Origin: an uncultured Methylomirabilota bacterium
Lineage (GTDB): Bacteria; Methylomirabilota; Methylomirabilia; Methylomirabilales; 2-02-FULL-66-22
Reading direction: 5' to 3'
Assembly (NCBI GenBank): GCA_963705305.1
Contig: OY970067.1
Location: 736,001-800,000, forward strand
Length of the DNA stretch: 64,000 nt
Numbering within the stretch: the first letter of the stretch is position 1; every line of letters starts with the position of its first letter. Made by a program: the position numbers and the translations under genes. The notes beneath the pieces were generated by a model. It saw only the letters and a program-made list of their open reading frames with translations. It did not search any database and was not told where the DNA came from. Shown here piece by piece: positions 30,122 to 39,553 of the stretch.

Positions 30122-30673
30122 CTACGACACCTGAGGCGGCCGAACCATGCCGAGCCAGAGGGGCCGCGCCAGTCCGCCGGCGTCCTCAAAGAAGTGGATG
30201 GCCCCCGGCGCGTGAAGCTTGGCGATCCAGACGACTTGCCCCAAGTGTTGTGAGAAGTGCTGGACGACGGTCAGAATAGCCTCGAATACGGTGACATCCC
30301 TGCCCTGGATGATGCGACGTTCGCACAGGCCCTCGGGTGTCACTGCGCTCAGGACTCTATCGGCTGCAGCCAGCACGCGCTCGAGTTCGGTAAGGAGTTC
30401 GGCGGCCGATGATCCCTCCCGAGCGGCGAACTCGGCGGCGCGGTTTCGCGAGTCGGGCGTGCCGCCCACACCGCTGATGACCCATTGGCGCACGTTCCCG
30501 ATCAGGTGAAGCAGCAGGTTGCCAACGCTGTTCGACGATTCGTTCGGTCGCCACCAGATCGTGCCGGCCGGCAGGACCTCCACCGCGCAACGAAGCTTCG
30601 TTCGGTACTCGGTTGCGAGATAGTAGCGAGAACGGCCCAGGAACAGCGACCCGAGCTCGAATGATTCCACCAT
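30122..30673 (-). CDS. DinB/DUF1572-like metal-dependent protein
   Basis: SNSVGNLLLHLIGN, RNRAAEF and HFSQHLGQ motifs. Confidence 0.85.
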   Translation of the reverse strand: MVESFELGSLFLGRSRYYLATEYRTKLRCAVEVLPAGTIWWRPNESSNSVGNLLLHLIGNVRQWVISGVGGTPDSRNRAAEFAAREGSSAAELLTELERVLAAADRVLSAVTPEGLCERRIIQGRDVTVFEAILTVVQHFSQHLGQVVWIAKLHAPGAIHFFEDAGGLARPLWLGMVRPPQVS

Positions 30674-30889
30674 GGCTCTGGCTACCTCCGAGTATGAGCC
30701 CCCTCACGGAGCCATCTAGGGGACGCCTAGGGGACGTTGCATTATCTGTCGAATCTCTTCACCGAAACCATCGCGGAATCTCGGCCTGCCAGCGAGACGT
30801 TTTTTGGGGACGTTGCTACGCTTAACGCGTTGCGCCCAGCAGGCGCTGCCGCTCGAGGGTGGCGGCGCCCTGCGCCCCAGTCCGAGACG

Positions 30890-31012
30890 CGTTCTGCGGG
30901 CGACGACGTCGGCCCGGCCGGTATCATCTCTGACTATGGCACGGCGCTCGACGCCGCGCACCGTCACGTGGTGGAGGATCCCGGGGGCATCCAGCCGGGG
31001 CCCCCGAGGCAT
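30890..31012 (-). pseudogene. RAYT-like transposase, 5' fragment
   Basis: MPRGPRLDAPGILHHVTVRGVERR...DDTGRAD, near-identical to 34387-34502; end motifs at 30728-30740, about 30806-30816 and 31114-31126. Confidence 0.85.
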
Positions 31013-31158
31013 GGGGACCCCTTATGCTGTGCCAGGAGGGCTGCCAATACATATCTTCATTATCCTACCTACGTCCTTCACTTCCGCAGGAATTCAGCAA
31101 GGATAATAAGGAAGCAACGTCCCCTAAATCCTACGTGTCCACCCGTGCCGGGGATTCC

Positions 31159-32793
31159 TCACTTCGAGAATACCGGCTCCTCCTTGCTGATGACTTCCAG
31201 CAGGGCGGGGCGGCAGCGGTCGGCGACGGCCAGCGCTCGGTGGGCCGCGGGGATGATCTCCGCCGGTTTCTCCACCACCTCTGCCCACGCCCCCAGGCCT
31301 TCCGCTATCTTGCTGTAGCTCCCCGATAGGAAGCGAGTCCCATAGCGCTCCGTGGCGACCTTGAGATGCTTGTCGTAGCCGCCCAGGCACGAGTTGTTGA
31401 GGAGGACGGTCACGATGCCGATCTTGTTCCGGACCGCCGTCTCCAGGTCCATCCCGCATTGGCCGAAGGCGGCATCGCCCAGGACGTGCACGACGGTCGC
31501 CTCGGGCCGGGCCACCTTGGCGCCCATGGCAAGGGGCAGGCTGTAGCCCAGATGCGTTGAGCGCCCCCAGCCGAGGTAGCTGTTCGGCTCCACGGCGCTC
31601 CAGAAGGGCGTCATCTGGTCGCGCGGGTTCCCGGCGTCGTGCGTGACGACCATGTCGCGCCCCTGCACGGCCTCCTGGAGATCATGGACCACCCGGTACG
31701 GATTCACGGGCGTCTCGTCCGAGGTGAGCCTCGGCATCCACTCGGCCAGCCACGCCTCCTTGATCCCCCGGATCTGCTTCGCAACGCGGTCATTCCCCTT
31801 GCGGCCATCGGGGCCCAGGAGCCGCTTGGCTTCCTCGATCATCTGTCGCAGGGTGAGCTTCGCATCCCCCGTCAGGAGGTGCTGGGCCAGGTAGTCCTTG
31901 TTCAGATCGCGGTCGTCCACCGTGAGCTGGACCCCGACCTTTCCCCGGGGGATCGGCGCAGCAAAGGGGGAAATGGAGAGGCTGGCTCCGGCACCGAAGA
32001 TACAATCCGCCTCGGCCAGGAACTGTGTGACCACCCGGGGCCAGGCCATGCCGCCGCACCCGATGCTGAGGGGATGGTTCTCGGGGAAGGCGCTCTTGCC
32101 GGACAGGGTGGTCATCACCGGCGCCTGCAGCAGTTCGGCGAACTCCTGGAGCTCCGGCGACGCCTCCGCGTAGAGCACCCCGTGCCCGGCGTGGATGAGG
32201 GGCAGCTTCGCCGCGACGATGGCCTTGACCGCGGCTGCCACGTCGCCGGGGTCGGCCATGGATCGCGCCCCCTTGACGGGCGTATACGAGCGGGCCGCAT
32301 CGTCACACTCGGCCGCCGTCAGGTCGGTGGGCAACTCCAGGACGATCGGCCCCCGCCGTCCGGTCCGCAGGTAGGTGAAGGCGCGGCGCAGGAATTCCGG
32401 GATGCGGTCGGCGCGATTGACGCGCGCCACCCACTTGCTGATCTCCTGGAAATTGGGGACGGCCTCGAAATTGGGCCTCGCGCCCATCCGGGCCTCCGCA
32501 ATGCCGCCGGGCAGAAAGAGGATGGGGCTCGAGTCCGAGTAGGCCTGCGCCAATCCCCCGAAGGAGTTCTCAACGCCCGGGCCGTGCTGGACTGCGCAGA
32601 CGCCGATGCGCCGCCCGCCGGTGACCCGGGCGTAGCCGTCGGCCATGCCGATCACTCCCCGCTCGGTCCGCGCCATGATGGGGCGGATGCCCAGCGCCGC
32701 GGCGGCGTCGATCAGGTGGTTGATGGGAAAGCAGAAGAGATGCTCGACATTCTCCTGCTTGAGGATACTCGCGACGGCTGCTGCACCCTTCAT
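31159..32793 (-). CDS. Thiamine pyrophosphate-requiring enzyme (acetolactate synthase-like)
   Basis: R.ER...MADGY, GPGVEN, LSGKSAFPENHPL and GDAA...NN TPP motifs. Confidence 0.9.
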   Translation of the reverse strand: MKGAAAVASILKQENVEHLFCFPINHLIDAAAALGIRPIMARTERGVIGMADGYARVTGGRRIGVCAVQHGPGVENSFGGLAQAYSDSSPILFLPGGIAEARMGARPNFEAVPNFQEISKWVARVNRADRIPEFLRRAFTYLRTGRRGPIVLELPTDLTAAECDDAARSYTPVKGARSMADPGDVAAAVKAIVAAKLPLIHAGHGVLYAEASPELQEFAELLQAPVMTTLSGKSAFPENHPLSIGCGGMAWPRVVTQFLAEADCIFGAGASLSISPFAAPIPRGKVGVQLTVDDRDLNKDYLAQHLLTGDAKLTLRQMIEEAKRLLGPDGRKGNDRVAKQIRGIKEAWLAEWMPRLTSDETPVNPYRVVHDLQEAVQGRDMVVTHDAGNPRDQMTPFWSAVEPNSYLGWGRSTHLGYSLPLAMGAKVARPEATVVHVLGDAAFGQCGMDLETAVRNKIGIVTVLLNNSCLGGYDKHLKVATERYGTRFLSGSYSKIAEGLGAWAEVVEKPAEIIPAAHRALAVADRCRPALLEVISKEEPVFSK

Positions 32794-32877
32794 GTCGGCT
32801 CTCCCGTCTTGAGTGTTGCGCGTGGAATCGCCGTCCTCCCGGCTGCCAGACTTCAGCTCTTGAGGGTCAATCCCGTA

Positions 32878-33076
32878 CACACCCTCGCCCCTCGGGAGCA
32901 TCGGCCCCCAGGAACACAAAAGCCCCCGAGGGATGCGGAGGTCCACCGGGGGCCGTCAGCTTCGCACGCCAGGAGCTGTCCGGTCGGATCATTGCCTCCT
33001 TCAGGCCGCCTCGCTGGGCACCGAGATCATCCGCGCAACACCCTACTTCTCACCAGAGGGCCTAGTCAAGATGAAA
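32878..33076 (-). repeat. About 200-bp promoter-leader-terminator module, copy C
   Basis: Colinear and highly similar to 37992-38191; TTGACT-18-TAGGGT; GCCCCCG/CGGGGGC hairpin followed by TTTTGT. Confidence 0.8.
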
Positions 33077-33403
33077 GAGACGCGGACGGGGGAGGGAGGC
33101 GAAGCCTCACGAGACGGCACCTTTCAGGACGGCCTGCCTCTCGAGGCCGCGCACCACCATGTGTGGAGGGTCCCGGGGGTATCGAGGTGAGGGTTCCGGG
33201 CCGCGGTCGCCCTCCGCCTAGCCTTCAGTCCCCAGGGGCTGGAGGGCAGCCAAGCAGAATTCACGCTTTCGAGGAACGCCCCGCACACCCGGCCAAAAGG
33301 TTAGGACAATTAGGCCACAACGTCCCCTTCACAACCTCCCCTTCAATAAACCTGAATGTGATGACGAGGGAGAGCAAGAGGAGGCGACGCGGCTGGGTTC
33401 TGG

Positions 33404-33679
33404 CTATTCGTAGACGACATAATGAGGGCCGATACTGTGAAAGAGGACCTCGTCGGCCCCAAGGAACTCGAACACAACTCGGACATCCCGCGTCACAGAG
33501 AAAGCCCAGAGATCTTGCAGTCGACCCAAGAGCTTGTGGGTGCGTAAGGGAGGGTCGAAGGCGTCCGCGCGAAAGAGGCACTCTCGGGCTTCGGCGATCT
33601 CCTGGATTTCGGGCGTCAGACCCTTGTACTGGCGGGCGAAATGCGAGGTGACCCGGATGGTTGCAATCGGGCGTTTCAC
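33404..33679 (-). CDS. Type II toxin, RelE/ParE/YafQ-like mRNA interferase
   Basis: F.RQYK.L, LRTHKL.G, W.FSV...R and IGPH motifs; GTGA overlap with the antitoxin. Confidence 0.88.
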   Translation of the reverse strand: MKRPIATIRVTSHFARQYKGLTPEIQEIAEARECLFRADAFDPPLRTHKLLGRLQDLWAFSVTRDVRVVFEFLGADEVLFHSIGPHYVVYE

Positions 33680-33939
33680 CGGAGATCTGCCAGGGACTTA
33701 ATCCTGCGGGTCTTCCCCCGCCTGTGCTCGTCACGGCCTTCTGCCACGACGCGCAGCAGATGTTCCTCTTCCAGCTCTCGCAGGCGGCTCTGCATGGCCT
33801 CGAAGGTCTCATAATCAAGCAAGACCGCGACGGGCCGTGACCGCTGGATCAAGGTCCACGGCTGCCTGTGCTCACGCAACTCACGGACGACCTGGGTGAC
33901 GCCCTGACGGAGGCCGCTGATGCTGATAATCTTGGGCAC
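33676..33939 (-). CDS. Type II antitoxin, Phd/YefM family
   Basis: ISISGLRQ...P..L.QRSRPVAVLLDYE motif; GTG start after GGAG. Confidence 0.88.
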   Translation of the reverse strand: MPKIISISGLRQGVTQVVRELREHRQPWTLIQRSRPVAVLLDYETFEAMQSRLRELEEEHLLRVVAEGRDEHRRGKTRRIKSLADLR

Positions 33940-33969
33940 CTTCTCCACCTTCCCGTTGCTTGTATTGTT

Positions 33970-33998
33970 AACGTATATGTTGACAGTACAGATGTCAA
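33970..33998 (-). promoter_or_regulatory. TA promoter with palindromic operator
   Basis: TTGACA-17-TACGTT; inverted repeat TTGACA-N7-TGTCAA at 33980-33998. Confidence 0.7.
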
Positions 33999-34039
33999 GA
34001 CAAAAGGCCTGTCGCAGGTCAGCAAAAATGTCCGCCTCC

Positions 34040-34502
34040 ACCGGACGGCGCGGCGCGGGCTGGCGCCGAACTGGGCCAGGATGGTCCCCGTGTCTTGCCC
34101 GATCCGGGGGACGCTCCCGAGGAGGGTGCTGTGGTCGGTCCAGGGGTAGCGGACCAATTCCAGGAGGTACGGTTCCTCCTCCACGACGACCGACTTATAC
34201 CGATTCTGGAAGAGGTGGCCGGCGCGCTTGTAGCGCCGATTGAAAGCGCCGGCGTAGCCCGTGAGGAGGCTTCGCATGCTCCGGGGCAAGGGGCGCTGGC
34301 CCGTCCGGACCAGGAGGTGGGCGTGGTTCGGGAGGAGGGCCCAGGCGTACACCGCGAGGGCCCTGTTCTCCGCGAGGGTTGCGAGGCGGGCGACGATGTC
34401 GGCCCGGCCGGTATCATCCCTGACTATGACACGGCGCTCGACGCCGCGCACCGTCACGTGGCGGAGGATCCCGGGGGCATCCAGCCGGGGTCCGTGAGGC
34501 AT
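34040..34502 (-). pseudogene. RAYT-like transposase, truncated and internally deleted
   Basis: Matches the N-half of the 2461-3458 copy; ELVRYPWT shows loss of LHLNP...LDRY; end motif TTGGCAACGTCCCCTA at 34531-34546. Confidence 0.88.
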
Positions 34503-34682
34503 AGCGGGAGGATAGTCGTGATTGTTCTATTTGGCAACGTCCCCTATTCCGTTTTTACGTCCCCTATTCCGTCATTACGCTCTTTCCGTCCTGTTCCGTA
34601 TTCCGTTAAAGGAGCGGACAGAATCCCTGATCCGTTCGAGCGGACAAGTTTGCTGAGCTACCACACCCCGGAAGCATCGGCC

Positions 34683-34845
34683 TTGACAGAGCGAAATAGT
34701 CAGGAGTAGCCTCCGGCCCGTTGCCCACCCTTGTGTTGGCGGATGAAGGAGGCTCCATGGGGTCGGCGCGGGACGGCTCCCCGAACGCGAGCCAAGCCGG
34801 CGGCGCGGCCCATCTGCTAGTGCCAGCCCACGGGTGGCTTTGTCC
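34683..34845 (+). promoter_or_regulatory. Promoter plus conserved leader (copy B)
   Basis: TTGACA-18-TAGCCT, then GTTGCCC...GAAGGAGGCTCCATGGGGTCGGCGCGGGACGGCTCC. Confidence 0.55.
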
Positions 34846-35315
34846 CCTCTCGAGCCACGAGCCGCCGCCCTCCTCCGGATCCCGGGGTATCTCGGCACGG
34901 TCCTGCGACAGCCTCCCGGCTTCCGCGCCTCTCTCCAGTGCGTCGCCGTTGACCGGCCTTCCGGACCTCCCCCACTTTTCCCGCACCCCCCGTTGCGCGG
35001 CCACCCCACCCGTGGAAGCGGGCAGTGACATCCGTGCCGTGGCGGGGCGTCCCGGCCGCCAGGACGGCAACGCCCCGAGGATCCCCACGCGCGTGCTCAA
35101 CCGAGGCAAGGTGGAAGCCTGCAGTCCAGGGGATGCGTTAAGGGTACTGTCCGCCGGCATGGGGCGAAACCATTCGCCGCCGGCAAAAGAGCGGGAAGGT
35201 TTGGGCACGACAAGGCGAACGACGGCTTCGCACCGCTTGCCGGCTCCGAAGCCGCCTGGCGAAGGGGCAGACGCCCCACGCACGGGTCCCTAACACCGCA
35301 AGGGAGAAGACGACA

Positions 35316-36458
35316 ATGAGAGACGTCAGGCGTGTTGTGTTGATTGCCTTGGTATCCACCGTGTTGGTTGCAGCCGCGGCGGCCAGCGGCGCTGCCGCCG
35401 AGATCCCCATCGCCGCCACACTCAACATCACCGGGCCGACCGCCTCGCAGGGCGTGCTCTTCGGAAATGCCGCCAAGCTGGCCGTGAAGCAGATCAACGC
35501 TACGGGCGGGGTGAACGGCAAGCGCATCAACCTGATCCCGGAAGACGCCCAGTCCAGCAACTTTGGTGCGCTTGCCGCACTGAACAAGGCCATTGAGAAG
35601 GACAAGGCGCTGGTCGTACTGGGACCGTCCCTGAGCACGATGATCCAGGCGATGTCCGAGACGGACAAGAACGCGGGCGTGCCCTTCGCCACCGGCGGCA
35701 CGGCCGTCAAGAACACCCACATGGGTAACCCCTGGATCTTCCGCCTCCGGCCGGACGATTCTATCTCCGCCGCGGCCATGATCCAGTTCATCAAGAACGA
35801 CCTGGGGCTCACCAAGGTCGGGATTCTCCACGACACCGATGCCTTCGGCTCTGGCGGGGCGGCCTTGCTGGAGCAGTACAGCAAGGAGCAGGGGATCACG
35901 GTGGTCAAGGACTTGGGGTACACCGGCGACACCAAGGACTACACCGCCCAACTCCTGGCAATTAAGGACGCGGGAGCGCAGATCCTCTGCACCTACGTCC
36001 CCCGCCCCGAGGATGGCGCCCTCATCCAGCGCCAGTACCACGATTTGGCCCTCCCTTACAAGTACATGGGGTCCGCCTCCAACGCCGAACGGGACACGCT
36101 GGCTCTGTCCAAGGACTCGGCCGCGGGGATCTACGTGGCTATTGATTTCATGCCCGGCGTGACCGAGGAATCCAAAAAGTACGAGGAGGCATACCAGAAG
36201 GAGTACGGTCAGCCGGCAGATGCGCTGTCGGCCTTTAACTACGACGCCATCAATATCTTCGCCAAGGCCATCGGCGCGGCGGGCGAAGACCGGGCCAAGA
36301 TCATGCCCTACATCCTCAACCTCCACGGCTACCGGGGGGCCGTCGGCACCTTCGACTTCACCCCTAACGGGGATGGCCTGCACGCAAACACCATCATCCA
36401 GGTCGAGAAGGGGGGTCACCTGAAGTTCCTGAAGGTGGTCACGGTTCAGTCGCACTAG
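35316..36458 (+). CDS. ABC substrate-binding protein (branched-chain amino acid/LivJ-like), orphan
   Basis: Signal peptide; INATGGVNGKRI, FRLRPDD, DYTAQL and YDAI motifs. Confidence 0.9.
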   Translation: MRDVRRVVLIALVSTVLVAAAAASGAAAEIPIAATLNITGPTASQGVLFGNAAKLAVKQINATGGVNGKRINLIPEDAQSSNFGALAALNKAIEKDKALVVLGPSLSTMIQAMSETDKNAGVPFATGGTAVKNTHMGNPWIFRLRPDDSISAAAMIQFIKNDLGLTKVGILHDTDAFGSGGAALLEQYSKEQGITVVKDLGYTGDTKDYTAQLLAIKDAGAQILCTYVPRPEDGALIQRQYHDLALPYKYMGSASNAERDTLALSKDSAAGIYVAIDFMPGVTEESKKYEEAYQKEYGQPADALSAFNYDAINIFAKAIGAAGEDRAKIMPYILNLHGYRGAVGTFDFTPNGDGLHANTIIQVEKGGHLKFLKVVTVQSH

Positions 36459-36959
36459 CGGGCGGCGAGCAATGCCTCTCTCGTCCCGCAGGCCAGGGAG
36501 AGGGAGCAGGCAGGCGCTCTCGTCCTGGCGGGCATGGCATCCGCAGGGGGGCATTGCGGCGCCACGTGGGACGCCGGTGCGGAGGGCATGCGGCCCGGGG
36601 CGGAGGTCCCGGCGGCTAGGCCCGGTGCGATTGTACCCGAGGCGTAGCCGCTTGGCGCAAGCTACCCGGGTAGAGAGGCGAGGTTGCTCGCGGGAAATGA
36701 CCTCAAGATGAGAGCTCGGCTCCGGCGGGTCTTTTGTGGCCCGCCGGAGCCGCTCGGGATGGAAAGGACGGAAACGGGGCCCCAACCAGGGCGATATGGA
36801 GCATACTGGCAGGTAATCTGATCTGCTGCGCGCGCGGGTGGGTCCTCATGGAGCCTTTGACCTCACACGCCTCCGATTGCGAGCCAGAGCTTCCAGGGCA
36901 ACCGCGTGCCACGCCCGCCCAATGCCATGCCGTTAAGGTGCAGGCGCCGAAGGCGACTG

Positions 36960-37916
36960 TCAGCTTCGACCGCCTGTTATACCGCTCACACCCGGCCAAC
37001 ACTCCGCGCGCAGCCAATCTACGAGCCGCCTCGCCAGCTCGATTCGATGAGCAGAGAACACGTGGTCGTCGTCGAGGACCGCCTCCGTTAACCGCTCCGC
37101 GCGTGCCTGACGCAAAGCGGCGACCACTCTGTCGTGGTGATCGGCCTTCGGCGTTAGTCCATCACGCGCGGCCGCCGCCAGGAGAAGGGGTCGGGTCGCC
37201 AAATCGGCCGTGCGGGATGGGACGCTCCACGCCTCCGCATGGCTCACTATCTCGCTGGCAACGCGCCGCGGATCTCCGTGGACGGGACCACCCCTCGCAT
37301 CCATGCCTTGATGGAAGAGGGACTCCAGCCCTGCGAGGGCGCTCGCGTCTTCGCGCGCCCGCAGACCCATCCAGCCAAGATCGGCCCCGGCTAGGAAGGC
37401 GAGGCACGCGATGCGCTCGTCCTTGGCGGTCGTAATCGCACCGAGGAATCCACCGAGGCTGTGGCCAGCCAGCGCCACGCGGTCGGGGTCCGCCCGGTAC
37501 GCCGACGCCCACGCTTCACTCCGCGCTCGCTCCACGGCCGTCGCCACGTCCTCAAGCGCGTGCGCGATCGAGAACTTGCCGCCGCTCCCCCACGTGCCCC
37601 GGTAATTGAAGTAAAGCACGTTCATGCCGGCTCGCCTCACAGCCTGCGCCAGGTCGAGATTCCGCTCGTTGCCGGGGTAGCCGTGCAGGATTATGACCGT
37701 CGGGTGCGGACCGGGCCCGTTGGCCACGTACATGAGCCCATTGAGTTTGCTTCCGCCGCTCTCGAATGACAACCCCTCCATGGTGGGGGGGAACGCCGAG
37801 TCCACCGCGGCGTCCGCGGTGGTCGGATGATCGATCTGCGACGCAGCGCGTTGCGCGGCAGACGAGGCGAAGGACGTCGCAGAGTCCGCCACAAAGCCAT
37901 TTGACCACTCTCTCAT
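36960..37916 (-). CDS. Alpha/beta hydrolase
   Basis: HGYPGNE, YRGTWGS, GHSLGG nucleophile elbow and DDH motif. Confidence 0.88.
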   Translation of the reverse strand: MREWSNGFVADSATSFASSAAQRAASQIDHPTTADAAVDSAFPPTMEGLSFESGGSKLNGLMYVANGPGPHPTVIILHGYPGNERNLDLAQAVRRAGMNVLYFNYRGTWGSGGKFSIAHALEDVATAVERARSEAWASAYRADPDRVALAGHSLGGFLGAITTAKDERIACLAFLAGADLGWMGLRAREDASALAGLESLFHQGMDARGGPVHGDPRRVASEIVSHAEAWSVPSRTADLATRPLLLAAAARDGLTPKADHHDRVVAALRQARAERLTEAVLDDDHVFSAHRIELARRLVDWLRAECWPGVSGITGGRS

Positions 37917-37991
37917 GCGTGTTTCCTTTATGTAATGGGGGGCATTGCCAAACTCGTCACCTTGCGGGGAGAACGATCCCGCCACACCTAC

Positions 37992-38191
37992 CACACCCTC
38001 ACCCCTCGAGGGCATCGATCCCCAAGAGCACAAGAGCCCCCGGGGATCCGGAGATCCACCGGGGGCCGTCAGGTTCGCACGCCAGGAGCTTTCCTGGTCG
38101 GCACCTTCGCCTCCTTCAGGCCGCCTAGCTGGGCATCAAGATTATCCGCGCAAGACCCTATCTCTCACCAGAGGGGCTAGTCAAGATGAAA
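37992..38191 (-). repeat. About 200-bp promoter-leader-terminator module, copy D
   Basis: Similar to 32878-33076; hairpins CCAGGA-AAGC-TCCTGG and GCCCCCGG/CCGGGGGC. Confidence 0.8.
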
Positions 38192-38332
38192 TGGACGGGG
38201 GCGGGGGAGCGAGGCAAGCCTTCATAAGACGATGCTTTTCAGAATCGCCAAACCCGAGGACTACCCAGGTCTCCCGGGTTCGGTGGCACCCGATCGAAGC
38301 TCTTTGAAGTAGCGCAATCAGGCCTGTCCCGT

Positions 38333-39277
38333 TCACGCCTTCTTGGTCAGTCTGTCGACCTCCGCCAATTCCTCCGGGGTCAGGGCCCACTCAACCGCCT
38401 TCACGTTCTGCTCCACCTGCTCTGGGCGCGTGGCGCCGGCGATCACGCTGCACACCCGCGGCCGGGCGGCCAGCCAGCTAAACGCCAGCTCCAGCAGGCT
38501 ATGGCCCCGCCTGGCGCAGAACGCCTCCAGTCGCTCCACGATCTCCCAGTTCGCGGCCGTCAGGTAGCGATCGGCGAGCCGCTGCGTCTTTGCCAGGCGC
38601 GTCCCTTCCGGGAGGGGTGCATTCCGCTTGTACTTGCCGGTGAGGAGGCCGGAGGCCAGCGGGAAGTACGGCAACAGGCCGAGCCCGTACGCCTCCATCG
38701 CCGGTACCAGCTCGCGCTCTGGATCGCGCACGACCAGGCTATACTCGTCCTGGCACGAGACGAAGCCGTTCACGCGGAGGTGCCGGGCCGTCCACTGCGC
38801 CTCCACCACCTGCCAGGCGGGGAGGTTGGAGCAGCCGATGTAGCGCACCTTGCCCTGGCGAATCAGGTCCTCCAGGGTGCGGAGGGTCTCCTCGATCGGC
38901 GTCGCGGGATCCGGATAATGGAGCTGGTACAGGTCGATCCAGTCGGTCCGGAGCCGCCGCAGGCTGGCCTCCGCCGCCGACAGGATGTAGCGGCGCGAGG
39001 CCCCCTTGAGCACCCCGGCGTCATCCATGGGGCCGCTGAACTTGGTCGCCAGGATGATGTCCTTGCGCCGATCACCCAGGATCTGGCCCAGGACGGTTTC
39101 CGAGCCGCCGCGCTCGCCGTAAATGTCCGCCGTGTCGAACAGGGTGATTCCGAGATCCAGGGCCCGGTGGACGACCCGCCGGGATGCCTCCAGATCGATC
39201 CGCCCGCCGAAATTGTTGCAGCCCAGGCCGACCAGGGATACCTGAAGGCCGGATGTACCAAGATTTCGCTGCTGCAT
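38333..39277 (-). CDS. Aldo/keto reductase
   Basis: GLGCNNFG, FDTADIY, ATKF, IDLYQLH and GKVRYIGCSN motifs. Confidence 0.93.
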   Translation of the reverse strand: MQQRNLGTSGLQVSLVGLGCNNFGGRIDLEASRRVVHRALDLGITLFDTADIYGERGGSETVLGQILGDRRKDIILATKFSGPMDDAGVLKGASRRYILSAAEASLRRLRTDWIDLYQLHYPDPATPIEETLRTLEDLIRQGKVRYIGCSNLPAWQVVEAQWTARHLRVNGFVSCQDEYSLVVRDPERELVPAMEAYGLGLLPYFPLASGLLTGKYKRNAPLPEGTRLAKTQRLADRYLTAANWEIVERLEAFCARRGHSLLELAFSWLAARPRVCSVIAGATRPEQVEQNVKAVEWALTPEELAEVDRLTKKA

Positions 39278-39321
39278 GCGCATCCTCCCAACTCTCACCG
39301 CCAAGCCGCCATCTCCAGTAT

Positions 39322-39553
39322 GCAGTAGGCAGAAGTCAGTAGTCCTGTCATCCACCCTCCTATTCGGCTTTACTTTGCGACCTTTGCGCCCTTGGCGTGA
39401 GAACGCTCTGACTCTTGCCCTAAGCTCGCCGTTCTTCAATTTCGAAATTCGAACTTCGAAATTCGAATTGTCCCGGCTCCGCCTCTCCCCTGCTCCCCCG
39501 CGCCCCTGCGCCCCCTCGTTCCCTCCTGCGCCCTCGGCGCCTTGGCGGTTCAA
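39322..39553. repeat. Cluster of short dispersed repeats (TTCGAAA array; CTTTGCGCCCTTGGCGTG; CCTCGGCGCCTTGGCGGTTCAA)
   Basis: Several repeat types stacked in one intergenic gap. Confidence 0.65.

Noticed and set aside
32955..33020. Glycine riboswitch call for the repeated leader (CCTGAAGGAGGCAA...CTCCTGG resembles CCGAAGGAGCAA...CTCTCAGG)
   Set aside because: The 5' GGAGA and the CUCUCAGG ligand-binding nucleotides are missing; resemblance only
33940..34041. N-terminal extension of the antitoxin ORF
   Set aside because: It spans the TA promoter/operator; the GTG at 33939 has the RBS
34757..35293. 178-aa ORF following leader copy B
   Set aside because: It has an RBS but is low-complexity Pro/Ala/Arg-rich with no motif, so it cannot be supported as a protein
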